Shown here: one piece after another, positions 26,746-38,000 of the stretch
How the letters are laid out: the number at the start of each line of letters is the position of its first letter
Numbering within the stretch: position 1 is the stretch's first letter
From: Malacoraja senta
Taxonomy: Eukaryota
Direction: 5' to 3'
DNA: 64,000 bases
NCBI GenBank assembly: GCA_038087875.1
Contig: CM075981.1
Coordinates: 2,728,001-2,792,000 of the forward strand
Notes under the pieces: model-generated
Told to the model about the DNA's origin: nothing
Databases searched by the model: none
Seen by the model: the letters and a program-made list of their open reading frames with translations, nothing else
Made by a program: the position numbers and the translations under genes

Positions 26746-26984
26746 TATATATATATATATGTGTGTGTGTGTGTAATATATACATATACACACACACACA
26801 CACACAATTTCCCTCCTGGGATTAATAAAGTGCTATCGTATAGTATCCTGTGTGCAGGAAGGAACTGCAGATGCTGGTTTAAACTGAAGATAGACACAAA
26901 AAAGCTGGAGCAATTCAACAGGTCAGACAGAATCTCTGGAGAAAAGGAAAATATTACATTTTGGGTTGGGTCTGAAAAAGGTTC

Positions 26985-27490
26985 CTGCACACCTTTGGAA
27001 TGTGGAAGGAAACAAGAGCACCCGGAGAAAACCCATGCGATCAAGGGAAAAGGAGCAAACTCCATACAGACAGCATCCATATTCAGGATCAATTCCAGGT
27101 CTCTGGCACTTTTAGGCAGCAACTTTATGGCCAATGTACTGCCCCATAGTCTTGAACTGAATTAAAACATACAGTAGCTGTAAAGGGGGACATAGCGTCA
27201 CTTAGAAATTTAAGACAGAAAATGGATAGTTTCTTCTTTTTTTTTTAGTAACCAAAGTTGTCAACGTATAATTTTTTGTGTATTGTAAAACAAAATATAG
27301 TGGCACAGCTGGTGGACTTGCCAGAGATCTGTGTTCGATCCTGTCCTCTGCACTCTGTGTTGAATTTGCAAGCGTGTGGGTTTCCTCCCACATCCCAAAG
27401 ACGCATTGGCTTTGCAGATTAACTTGTCTCTATAAAATTGCCCCTAATGTGTAGGGAGTGGGTGCGGAAAGTGGGATAAAAGGTGTGAAT
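26985..27490. mobile_element. HE1-like tRNA-derived V-SINE copies (about 26985-27145 minus, 27300-27490 plus)
   Basis: B-box-like GTTCGATCC and V-domain-like GTGGGTTTCCTCCCACATCCCAAAGAC. Confidence 0.65.
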
Positions 27491-27492
27491 GG

Positions 27493-27930
27493 GTAGACTA
27501 AAATGCTGGAGAAACTCATCGGGTGAGGTAGCATCTATGGAGCGAAGGAAATAGGCGACGTTTCGGGTCGAAACCCTTCTTCAGATTGATGTGAGGGTGG
27601 GGAGGTTGGGAAGAAGAAAGGAAGAGGCGGAGACAGTGGGCTGAGGGAGAGCTGGGAAGAGGAGGAGAAAGCAGGGACTATCTGAAATTGGAGAAGTCAA
27701 TGTTCATACCGCTGGGGTGTGAACTGCCCAAGTGAAATATGAGGTGCTGCTCCTCCAATTTTCTGAGGGCCTCACTCTGGCCATGGAGGAGGCTCAGGAC
27801 AGAAAGGTCGTATTCGGAATGGGAGGGGGAGTTGAAGTGCTGAGCCACTGGCAGATCAGGTTGGTTATTGCGAACTGAGTGGAGGTGTTGTGCGAAGCAA
27901 TCGCCAAGCCTGCGCTTGGTCTCACCGAGG
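27493..27930 (-). mobile_element. Penelope-like element 3' fragment (GIY-YIG end plus terminal repeat)
   Basis: GETKRRLGDCFAQHLHSVRNNQPDLPVAQHFNSPSHS; hammerhead-like core at 27557-27584. Confidence 0.85.
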
Positions 27931-30900
27931 TTGATCATACGCTGAATAATCCAACCACATTTTTGTTTGGAAGTGGAAAGAAATAATAGAAATTGCAACG
28001 TGTAAAAAGAGTTGAGAAACTGTATATACAGTATTATAATTTTGCTGCATGTCATTGTGGTATATATCATATCTTGATTCGTGAATATGTTTAGTTTGTG
28101 ACTTTATTTGAAGCAGAAATAATATGTGAATGCTTCATTGAGCATAATTCTGACTGGTAACTACGCACATCGTCTGAGCACATTATCGCACGCGTCATGC
28201 AAGCCGTCTTAAATGACCACCTAAACTCATTTGGCAACCTAAAAAGCTGCCAAGGTTGCCCGGCTGACAACAGAGAAAAAAAGCTAAGTGAGAGCCCTGC
28301 ATCGGTAGTGGGAAAGATGCTTGAGTCGATTGTTAAAAATGTTATAGCAGCGCATTTGGAAAGCAGTGAGGGGATCGGTCAAAATCAGCATGAATTTATG
28401 AAGGGGTAATCATGCTTGACTAAATCTTCTGGAATATTTTTAGGATGTAACTCGTAGATTGGATAAGGGAGAGCCAGTGGATGTGGTTAATCTGGTCTTT
28501 CAAAAAGCCTTTGACAAGGTCTCACACAAGAGATTAGCGTGCAAACTTAGAGCACATGGTATTGGGGGTAGGGTATTGCCATGGATAGAGAACTGTCGGA
28601 AAGAACTGCAGATGCTGGTTTGAATTCAAGGTAGACAAAATGCTAGGGCTACACGTGGGTTTAAACTAAATAGTGGGGAGGAGCGATTGACAAATTGGGA
28701 ATATAAAGATGGAGTTGAAGGGGAAGTGGCTATAGGAGAAATTACAAAATATTCTCGAATTAATGGGAAGGAAAGCTCGAGAAGGGACAACAGAGTAAGG
28801 TCATGGCCAATTGCGAGCGGTGCGAGGGGGAAAGTGAATACGGAGGTCAAAGTGCTGTATATGAATGCGTGAAGTATAAGGAATAAAGTGGACGAGCTTG
28901 AGGCTCAGTTAGAAACTGGCAGCTATGATGTTGTGGGAATTACTGAGACATGGCTGCAAGAGGGCCAGGGATGGGAACTGAATATTCAAGGGTATACCTC
29001 ATATCGAAAAGACAGACAGGTGGGCAGAGGGAGTGGTTGTTCTGTTGGTGAGGAATGAAATTCAGTCCCCTGCAAGGGGTGACATTGAAACAGGAGATGT
29101 GGAGTCAGTATGGATAGAACAGGAATTGTAAGGGTAAAAAGACCCTAATGCGACTAATCTACAGGCCTCCAAACAGTAGCCTGGACATAGGGCGCAAGTT
29201 GAATCAGGAGTTAAAATTGGCATGTAGCAAAAGTAATACTGTGGTTGTTATGGGAGATTTCAACATGCAGGTAGACTGGGAAAATCAGGTTGGTACTGGA
29301 CCTCAAGAAAGGGACTTTGTTGAGTGCCTTCATGATGGATTCTAAGAACAGCTTGTATTGGAGCCTACCTGGGAGAAGGCAATTCTGGATTTAGTGTTAT
29401 GTAATGAACTGGATTTGATAAAGGACCTCGAGGTTAATGAGTCATTAGGAGGCAGTGACCATAACATGGTCAGGTTTAATCTACAATTGGAGAGGGAAAG
29501 GGGTAGATCGGAGGTGTCAGTGTTACAGTTGAATAAAGGGGACTATAGGGCCATGAGGGAGGAGCTGGTCAAAGTTGACTGGAAATATATACTAGCAGGG
29601 ATGACAGTGGAACAAAAATGGCAGGTATTTCTAGGAATAATACAGAAGGTGCAGGATCAGTTCATACCTAGGAGGAAGAAAGATTCCAAGGGGAGAAAGG
29701 GGCGACCATGGCTGACAAGGGACGTCAGGGACAGTATAAAAATTAAAGCGAAGAAGTACAACATAGCAAAGATGAGCGGGAAGCAAGAGGATTGGGTAAT
29801 GTTTAAAGAACAACAGAAGATAACCAAAAAGACAATACATAGATACATAGAAAATAGGTGCAGGGGTAGGCCGTTCGGCCCTTCGAGCCTGCACCGCCAT
29901 TCAATATGATCATGGCTGATCATCCAACTCAGTATCCCGTACCTGCCTTCTCTCCATACCCCCTGATCCCTTTAGCCACAAGGGCCACATCTAACTCCCT
30001 CTTAAATATAGCCAATGAACTGGCCTCAACTACCCTCTGTGGCAGAGAGTTCCAGAGATTCACCACTCTCTGTGTGAAAAAGTTTTTTCTCATCGCGGTC
30101 TTAAAGGATTTCCCCCTTATCCTTAAGCTGTGACCCCTTGTCCTGGACTTCCCCAACATCGGGAACAATCTTCCTGCATCAAGGCTGTCCAACCCCATAA
30201 GAATTTTGTAAGTTTCTATAAGATCCCCTCTCAATCTCCTAAATTCTAGCGAGTATAAGCCAAGTCTATCCAGTCTTTCTTCATATGAAAGTCCTGACAT
30301 CCCAGGAATCAGTCTGGTGAACCTTCTCTGCACTCCCTCTATGGCTATAATGTCCTTCCTCAGATTTGGAGACCAAAACTGTACGCAATACTCCAGGTGT
30401 GGTCTCACCAAGACCCTGTACAACTGCAGTAGAACCTCCCTGCTCCTATACTCAAATCCTTTTGCTATGAAAGCTAACATACCATTTGCTTTCTTCACTG
30501 CCTGCTGCACCTGCATGCCTACTTTCAATGACTGGTGTACCAAGACACCCAGGTCTCGCTGCATCTCCCCTTTTCCTAATCGGCCACCAATTCACATTGA
30601 ATGGCGGTGCTGGCTCAAAAGGCCGAATGGCCTACTCCTGCACCTATTGTCTATTGTCTATAGTTAAGTCAGCGGAACAGGCAGCATCTCTGAAGTGAAG
30701 GAATGGGTGACGTTTCAGGTTGACAGCCTTCTTCTGACGTCAGTCTGAAGGATAGTCTCGACCCGAAACGTCACCCATTCCTTCTCTCCGGAAATGCTGC
30801 CTGTTCCGCTGTGTTACTTCAGCATTTTCTGTCTACCTTGGATAAAGAACTGGTTGGCAGACAGGAAGCAAAGAGTAGGAATTAACGGGTCCTTTTCAGA

Positions 30901-31690
30901 ATGGCAGGCAGTGATTAGTGGGGTGCCGCAAGGCTCGGTGCTGGGACCTCAGTTGTTTACAATATTAACGATTTAGATGAGGGAATTAAATGTAACATTT
31001 CTGAATTTGCGGATGACACAAAACTGGGTGGCAGTGTGAGCTGCGAAGAGGATGCTGTTCCTTTGTCGAAGAAGGACAGTAGATATAATCCAGGATATTA
31101 TAGACCGGGGGCAAGAAGCTGTTGGAGAGGATTCTTTGGGATCGCATTTGCTTGTATTTCGAAGAGAGTGGAATTATTAGGGACAGTTGCCATTTTATAA
31201 ACCTCTACAACGTCACTTTTCAGTCCCCTAAGCTCCCGTGAAAATAGACAACATGTCCAGCCTCTCTTTATAACTCAAACCATCCAAACCTGGTAAAACT
31301 CTCGTAAGTCTTTTTTAATACCCTTTCCAGTTTAGTGGCATCCTTCATATACCAGGGTAACCAAAACTGTGATGACCTGGTTTAACCAAATAAACAAGAA
31401 AACCAAAATTTAGGGTATATGAGATTTGAATTACATTAATGCATTCTTTTACAGATATATCCCCTCTGCCTGGCTGGTCTTCATATTGTGACTATTTTTG
31501 GACATTATGTCCCACATGCAACATTATCAGGAAAATATAATGTCACTTGTCTCTTTAATTCATAAATCAGTAGCTATAACAATACATTCCATGTTGATTT
31601 CATCACAAAAGTGACTTCCAGGTCATCTCAAGTAACTTCAGAGGGATTGGCTTGTACGTACTAACAATGCACCACCTTTCCCCTCAACAG

Positions 31691-31807
31691 GTATGTGACT
31701 TTTTGAAAGGAGCAAAAAGATATTGGATTGAAGATCAGAAGGTTCCGTATGCAGTCAAGGGAGATATATGGCTGGGCTATGATGACAAGGAAAGTATTAT
31801 TGCCAAA
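31691..31807 (+). CDS. chia: Chitinase gene 1 exon
   Basis: caacAG|GTA..AAA|GTaaga, 117 bp; VCDFLKGAKRYWIEDQKVPYAVKGDIWLGYDDKESIIAK. Confidence 0.94.
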
Positions 31808-32139
31808 GTAAGATTAATTTATTATGAAACAGTTTTTATGATCTGATATTTATGTTAATTCTAGAAAATATCTTTAATTTGTTGATGAATCAGGTATTTG
31901 CTAGTTTTGAAAATTCTTTGAATATTACTGACAACATGTTGGTTTCCTTGGTAGGCAAGTGGTAAATGAATTGCCTTATGTTGACAAAGATGATCCTGAG
32001 CAGATAGAGAATAAAATCTTTGACACAGGCACTGTTTGTAGGTTCACCTACAAGTCGTCTACTTTTGTAACATTGTTGTTGGTTTTAATCCTGGAACTCC
32101 ATAACTAAAGATACAGTGGTTACAGTTTGGAGAATCTGA

Positions 32140-32390
32140 GTGGAAACAGGCCTTTCAGCCTATCGAGTGCACGCCAACCATCAATCACCCATTCACACTA
32201 GTACCATGTTATTCCACTTTTGCATCCAACACACTGGGCAATTTACAAAGCCAATTAACCTACAAACCTACATGTATTTTTAATGTGAAGGGAATCTGAA
32301 GCATCCAGAGAAAACCCACATGGACATGGGGAGTACGTACAAACTCCGCACAGACAGTACCTGTAGTCTGGATCGAACCCGGGTTTCTGG
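32140..32390 (-). mobile_element. HE1-like SINE
   Basis: CR1-derived tail plus V-domain and tRNA-like region (GGATCGAACCC on + strand). Confidence 0.7.
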
Positions 32391-32394
32391 CCCC

Positions 32395-32810
32395 ATCTTC
32401 TTCTTTCGTGTCCATCATCTATGTTTAAAATATTCGACCAGGCTCTTGCACAGTGGACAGCCTTCTCGTTTGCTACCGCTAGATCTTCTAGGCAGCATTG
32501 TTCACCAAGAAGTGGGCATCTTAGTAGGTGTGGCATGGATTGTACAGATGTTCCACATTCACATTCTGTGTCTGCCACATCTGCATAGTCCCATTTGCTC
32601 ATATTGGTCTTGCATCGGCCCATCCCTGTAAGAAGCCTATTGAGGGACTTCCAGGTCTTCCAGTCACACCTGTGTCCAGATGGTGGCTGTTCCTTGGTTG
32701 GGATTGGCATCTTTATGTGGTGGTGGTTTTCACTGTGTTTCTTTTCCCACAAGGCTGGTCTGGTTGCTTGAGAAGACTGTGACAGTGGCTCTCTGCCACT
32801 GTGCTGCCCT
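32395..32810 (-). mobile_element. RTE-clade LINE 3' fragment
   Basis: WKSLNRLLTGMGRC..CECG..HLLRCP C-terminus with (GAA)n tail. Confidence 0.7.
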
Positions 32811-33189
32811 TGAGTGTTACTATCATTTTTTATATTTCGGATTTACAGCGTATGCAATATTTTTGATTTTCAGTAAATACAACTTATTGAATATGAAACT
32901 AATGAGCAGGAATGCTCCTCGTGATCTCACATTAAAGGATCTCAAGTTCTGCATCGTGTCCTGTAAACCAGAGGGATTTTGATATTTATCAGGACCATTT
33001 ACATTAGCGATGCAATCTTTTAAGAGCGACAGAACTAACTATTTGAACACTGAGTACCTCCATCTTCTTTCGTATCCCTCGTTGCATGTGGAAGTATCTA
33101 TTCAATATATATAGCAAATTTGACAGCATAATTATATTGTTGAGTACCAATCTGGTTCTAAAGTATCTAAAGTTAGTTTATCTTTGTAG

Positions 33190-33325
33190 ATTAAGTGGAC
33201 GAAGAAGCAAGGTTTTGGAGGAGCTTTAGTGTGGACACTTGATTTTGATGATGCACACAACCATTGTAAACAAGGTGTAAGTCCTCTATTGCAAACGGCG
33301 AAGAATGAGCTTTCACACAATTCAG
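33190..33325 (+). CDS. chia: Chitinase gene 1 exon (end of GH18 domain)
   Basis: ttgtAG|ATT..TCAG|GTcggt, 136 bp, phase-1 end; IKWTKKQGFGGALVWTLDFDDAHNHCKQGVSPLLQTAKNELSHNS. Confidence 0.9.
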
Positions 33326-33401
33326 GTCGGTATATAATTTTTGCATCTGAAATTTTTTACAATAATGTGCATTGATAGTTGCATAGAAAGATAGTAGTTT
33401 A

Positions 33402-34845
33402 CTAGACCAAGTGGGACACATTGGGTCCCTGTCACATGGGAGGCCTGGTCCCCAACGCAACCCGTTCCACAAAAGCAATATTCGACCACTCACCCTTAGC
33501 CCCCACGGGAGGCCTGGTCCACCAACGCAACCTGTTCCTCAACGCAATATTCCACCACTCATCCGTTTCCCCAAAGCAATCCGTTCCCCCAATGCAAAAT
33601 TCCACCACTCACCCATAGCCCTCAACTGCGCAGGGGCTGCTCCTTTGCTCCTTATTCACCCTCCCTCATTTTTAAATTTAAAAAAAATGCAATTGCACTT
33701 GCTAGTGCTAGCAGGACTCAGTGTACTAGGAGTTACAGTTCCCCCAATGTAACCCGTTTCCCCAACGCAATATTCCACCACTCACCCATAGCCCCCATCC
33801 CATATCCCCCAGCACTCCCTCCCCCTCCTCTTCACCCTCCCTCTTCTCTCCCGTCTCCTTCTCCAATCCCTCCCTCCCTCTCCTTTCCCCTACCCTCAGT
33901 CACTCCCTACCCTCAGTCTTTCCCACCCACCCTCCATAACCCCTACCCCCTGATCCGTTGGGCCCCGTTCCCCCAACGCAATATTTCACGAACCCGTTTC
34001 CCCAATGCAACCCGTTTCCATCACTCACCCGTTCCCCCAATGCAACCCGTTCCCCCAACGCAATATTCGACCACTCACCCATAGCCCCCATGGGAGGCCT
34101 GGTCCCTCAACGCAACCCGTTCCTCAAAGTAAGATTCGACCACTCACCCGTTTTCCCCCAACGCAGCCCGTTTCCCCAATAGGTCATGGTCACATGCGAG
34201 GTGTGGTCCCCCAACGCAACCCTTCCCCCAATGCAATATTCCACCACTCACCCATAGCCCCTCATCATCCCTCTTTTTAAGCGTTTAAAAAAATGCAAGC
34301 ACTTGCTGCCATGACTTTAAAAACAATTCTAATTCCACTTCCCCAGCCTCCCCCAGCACTTCCAATTCCAATTCCGCTTCCCTTGCCCTCTCCCCCTCCT
34401 GTTTAAGCCCTTGCTGCCAGGACTTTAAAAAAAATCCACTTCCACCCCCTGCCTCTCCCAGCACTCTCTCCCCCTCCTGTTCAGCCTCACTGCCAGGAGT
34501 GTTCTATGATAGGATGAAGTGTTCTATGATTGGAACATTGTTGCAAATGAGATTCCATTGTGGCGTCATAGCTGTAACTGTCAGCACTGAAGTGTTGAAG
34601 TGATTCTTTCTCAAAGTGGGGTTTTGTAAACTTTTAAATGTCAATGACTTGTGAAATATAACATCAATCTGAACGAAACTTGACACAAACGACCACATGA
34701 CAACGGTGAGTAAGGTGGTGCAAAGACGTTAGCGCTATCGTGTACCGTTTTGGCGTAGTTCCAGGATCACATGGGCAAACACGCATAGATAGATAGAAAC
34801 AAGACGAGTGTTTTAGAGATGGATGGCTGGACGGACAGACAGACC
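33402..34845 (-). mobile_element. Non-autonomous Helitron-like element, same family as 7750-8870
   Basis: Minus-strand end GGGAC-N7-GTCCC..CTAG|T at 33402; many internal CCCCAACGCAATATTCCACCACTCACCC-type repeats. Confidence 0.72.
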
Positions 34846-35059
34846 ACAATGATCACAACAGTATCAGCACTCATAAACTCTTGGATATATCCATACATAC
34901 GCTGGCATCATCCCCTCTAGTCTTCTTCCTATGTACCCTTCCATATCTCTACTTTCACTCTCCCCTGAATCTCAGTCTGAAGAAGGGTCTCCACCCAAAA
35001 CGTCACCCATTCCTTCTCTCCAGAGATGCTGCCTGTCCTGCTGTTACTCCAGCATTTTA

Positions 35060-35665
35060 CCCTACACAAGGGACGATTTATAGAGGCCAATTAGCCTGCA
35101 AACCTGCATAATTTTGGAATGTGAGAAGAAACCGGAGCACCCGGAGAAAACCCACGCGGTCACAGAGAGAACGTGCAAACGCTGTTCAGACAGCACCTGT
35201 AGTCTAGGATCAAACCCGGGTCTCTAGCGCTGAAAGGCAGCATAGACATAGAAACATAGAAAATAGGTGCAGGAGTAGGCCATTCGGCCCTTCGAGCCTG
35301 CACCGCCATTCAATATGATCATGGCTGATCATCCAACTCAGTATCCTGTACCTGCTTTCTCTCCATACCTCCTGATCCCTTTAACCACAAGGGCCACATC
35401 TAACTCCCTCTTAAATATAGCCAATGAATGGCCTCAACTACATTCTGTGGCAGAGAATTCCAGAGATTCACCACTCTCTGTGTAAAAAATGTGTTTCTCA
35501 TCTCAGTCCTAAAAGATTTCCCCTTTATCCTTAAACTGTGACCCCCTTGTTCTGGACTCCCCCAACATCGGGAACAATCTTCCTGCATCTAGCCTGTCCA
35601 ACCCCTTAAGAATTTTGTAAGTTTCTATAAGCATTACTACCACTGCATCATTGTGCCACCCCTAA
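35060..35665 (-). mobile_element. HE1-like SINE interrupted by a young CR1 3' fragment (about 35243-35630)
   Basis: SINE resumes at 35631 after the CR1 tail and ORF2 end. Confidence 0.75.
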
Positions 35666-35787
35666 TTTGCAGTTAGAGTTATCAGATTTAAAAAATGAAA
35701 AATATGTTTTATAGTAAGATAACCTCATTTTTTTAAATGTAAAATAGTGTTGTTAGTGATCAAATTAATTAATTTTTCTGTGCTAAG

Positions 35788-35933
35788 GCGGCGGCGATGA
35801 AGATGGGACAACGAATTCGTCGAAGGACCCTGATGTGGAAAACATGTCTGTGTTGGGGATTTCATTGAAAGTGCATATATTACTCATTGGACTGTTGGTG
35901 AACAAAATATCAAACTTAATGCTGCAGAGATAA
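35788..35933 (+). CDS. Chitinase gene 1 putative terminal exon (linker plus hydrophobic tail, no CBM14)
   Basis: aatttttctgtgctAAG| acceptor, phase-1 compatible with 33325; (G)GGDEDGTTNSSKDPDVENMSVLGISLKVHILLIGLLVNKISNLMLQR* with TAA at 35931-35933; not recognisable as a repeat; no homology support. Confidence 0.62.
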
Positions 35934-36942
35934 ATCAGAAAAAGTGACATACCCTATTTAAAAATGTGGTATAAACCATAAAATAACCACAAAAATAACC
36001 ATTTAAAATACTGAATACTGCTTTGTTAGGTTCTGAGGACTATGAAAATTAGGAGAATGCAAAACAAGCCCAATGTGAATAATATAAATGATATTTAAAT
36101 CTCAGAGTCATCGAGTCATATGGCATGGAACTGGACTTTTCGGCCTATCTGCCCATGTAACCAGAATGCCCTATCCAAGCTAGTGGCATTTGTCTGCTCC
36201 TGGCCCACATCCTTCTAAACCTTTCCTATCCATGTACCTATCTAATGAGCCTTTTCCATATACCTACCAGTCTTTTTGTGAAAAATTAGCCCCTCAGGTT
36301 CCTATTGAATTGTTCCCTCTCACCTTAAATCTATGCCTTTTAGTTCTTGATTCACCTACTTTGGGTAAAAGATTCACCCTATCTTGTTTACTCATGATTA
36401 TGTACACCTCTAAAAGATTGCCACAGTCTCTAGATAACAATCTTCATGGTCTAAGATACCACATATTTTGATGTAATCTGCAAACATAGTAATCATGCCT
36501 TGAATATTCCCATCCAAACCTTGAAATATAAAATAAAGGCCATATAAAATACACCTACTGCTTTGCCCTCATCAACCTATGTGATTAATTCTTCAAAGAA
36601 CTCAACTCATTTTGTGAGACATGATTTCCCACGCACAAAACCATGTGGATTATCCCAAATCAATCTCTGTTTTTCAAGTGTATGTATTTCTTAATACTCT
36701 GAATCCTCTCCAGTAACGGCTATAAGATGTTAGGCCAACTCAGGTTTTTCTTTGTAGCTCTTCTTAAATAGGGGCCCAACATAAGGCCCTCTGCAGTCTT
36801 GTGGCACCTCACCTATGTCTAATGATGATTGATATAACTCAGCCTGCACTCTAGCTTCCCAGTGTCATTGGATATACTTGATCAGGCCCAGGAAACTCAT
36901 CTGCTTTCATGCACAGATGACTATTTGGTTGCTGAGGAGCCT

Positions 36943-38000
36943 AATAAGCGAGCTTGGTATTCCGACTGCGCATGCTCAGGTCAAAGGTCACTATGCATAA
37001 ACAGCCCTGGAAAGCAGTGGATCTTCATTTCTTCTGTTTTTCCCAGCTTTGATTCTTCTGGGTAAGAAAATATTGCCTTCAAACTATGAAATAGTTTATT
37101 TATTGTTCCTTTGTTAAAAGCCAAGATTATTTTGTTGTTTTTATTGCTTTATTATGCTTTGGTTAGTGAGCGAGATCGTACACGTCCGTGATCGGTGTCG
37201 GGCCCGTGTCTGTAAGTTGCTGTTGGGCCATCCCCATCCCCTCCAGGGTGTCTCGTCCTTGTCCGGGGGGCGGCCGGAGGTGTTTGGCCGGGCCAGGCTT
37301 GCAGCCAGCGCGGGGAGGAGGCCGAGTTGCTGAAGCGCTTTGTGTGTATGGCTGGTACTCAGCTTTCGCTGCCGCCGGGGGGATTGGCTGGCAGTCCCTG
37401 GCCCGTCGGGATACGGAGTTGGGCTGGAGTTGGTGCTTCTCTGCGCTGGCTGTGACCGACGACACCAGCAGCCCCAGGCCCACAGCCAGCGCAGAAGCGC
37501 CAACCCCACTCCCCGACGGGCCGCGGACCGCCAGCCAACCCCCCTGGCGCCGGCAAAAGCCGAGCACCAGCCATCAACGGGGATATACACAAAGCGCTGC
37601 AACAACTCGGCCTCTTCCCCGCGCTGGCTGCAAGCCCGACTCGGCCCAGCCCGATACCTCCGGCTGCCCCCGGACAGGGACGAGCCACCCTGGAGGGGAC
37701 GGGGACGGCCTCAGAGCAACTCAACAGACCAGGGCCCGACACCGACCACAGACGAGCATGATCTTGCTCATTCACCAAAGCATAATAAAGCAATAAATAC
37801 GACAAAATAATCTTAGCTTTTAACAAAGGAACAATAAATAAAAGATTTCATAGTTTGAAAGCAATATTCTCTTACCTAGAAGAATCAGTTGGAAATAACA
37901 TGAGAAAACAAGGTCCACTGCTCCACTGCATTCCAGGGCTGTTTATGCATAGTGACCTTTGACCTGGGCATGCGCAGTCGGAATACCGAACTCGCTTATT
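36943..38000. mobile_element. Foldback (MITE-like) element, almost entirely an imperfect inverted repeat
   Basis: Termini AATAAGCGAG..CTCGCTTATT; arms of about 500 bp meet near 37455-37480; CpG-rich core; no clear TSD. Confidence 0.85.

Larger units (their letters stand above)
25152..28299. mobile_element. Putative non-autonomous DNA transposon (CAGGGCTC..GAGCCCTG termini) carrying nested insertions
   Basis: 8-bp terminal inverted repeat; GGCAAC/GTTGCC subterminal motifs at both ends; splits the outer CR1 between CCAGTTAGCCTT and CATCGGTAGTGG. Confidence 0.6.
19608..31060 (+). mobile_element. Multi-layer CR1 LINE nest in gene 1 intron
   Basis: Outer CR1 pieces at about 19608-19950, 21040-21288, 24653-25151, 28300-28595 and 30838-31058 are collinear; inner CR1 copies at about 21290-24652, 28650-29840 (+) and 29845-30590 (-); endonuclease (YRPPN, GDFN, SDHN) and RT (PQGSVLGP, FADD) motifs. 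Confidence 0.85.
680..35933 (+). other. chia: Chitinase gene 1 span (CHIA/acidic mammalian chitinase-like, GH18), 5'-partial, 7 coding exons in window
   Basis: Seven GT-AG exons join in frame: 680-845, 10300-10424, 18998-19121, 19249-19431, 31691-31807, 33190-33325, 35788-35933. Sizes (166/125/124/183/117/136) and phases follow the vertebrate CHIA/CHIT1 structure. Exact orthologue not resolved. Confidence 0.9.

Noticed and set aside
27300-27350. tRNA-like A/B-box sequence
   Set aside because: Head of a tRNA-derived SINE; no complete cloverleaf.
33277-33282. Internal GTAAGT donor-like site in the last GH18 exon
   Set aside because: Homology continues past it (GVSPLLQTAKNEL versus GKFPLISTLKKAL), and it is phase 0, incompatible with the 35788 exon; treated as cryptic.
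33430-34260. Regularly recurring units of about 28-60 bp resembling a CRISPR array
   Set aside because: Eukaryotic context, no unique spacers; internal tandem repeats of the Helitron-like element.
36532-36537. AATAAA as gene 1 polyadenylation signal
   Set aside because: Plausible, but it lies among repeat remnants 600 bp past the stop and cannot be supported without transcript data.
37141-37826. Several overlapping 130-200 aa ORFs on both strands
   Set aside because: By-product of the GC-rich palindromic core of the foldback element; no recognisable domain.
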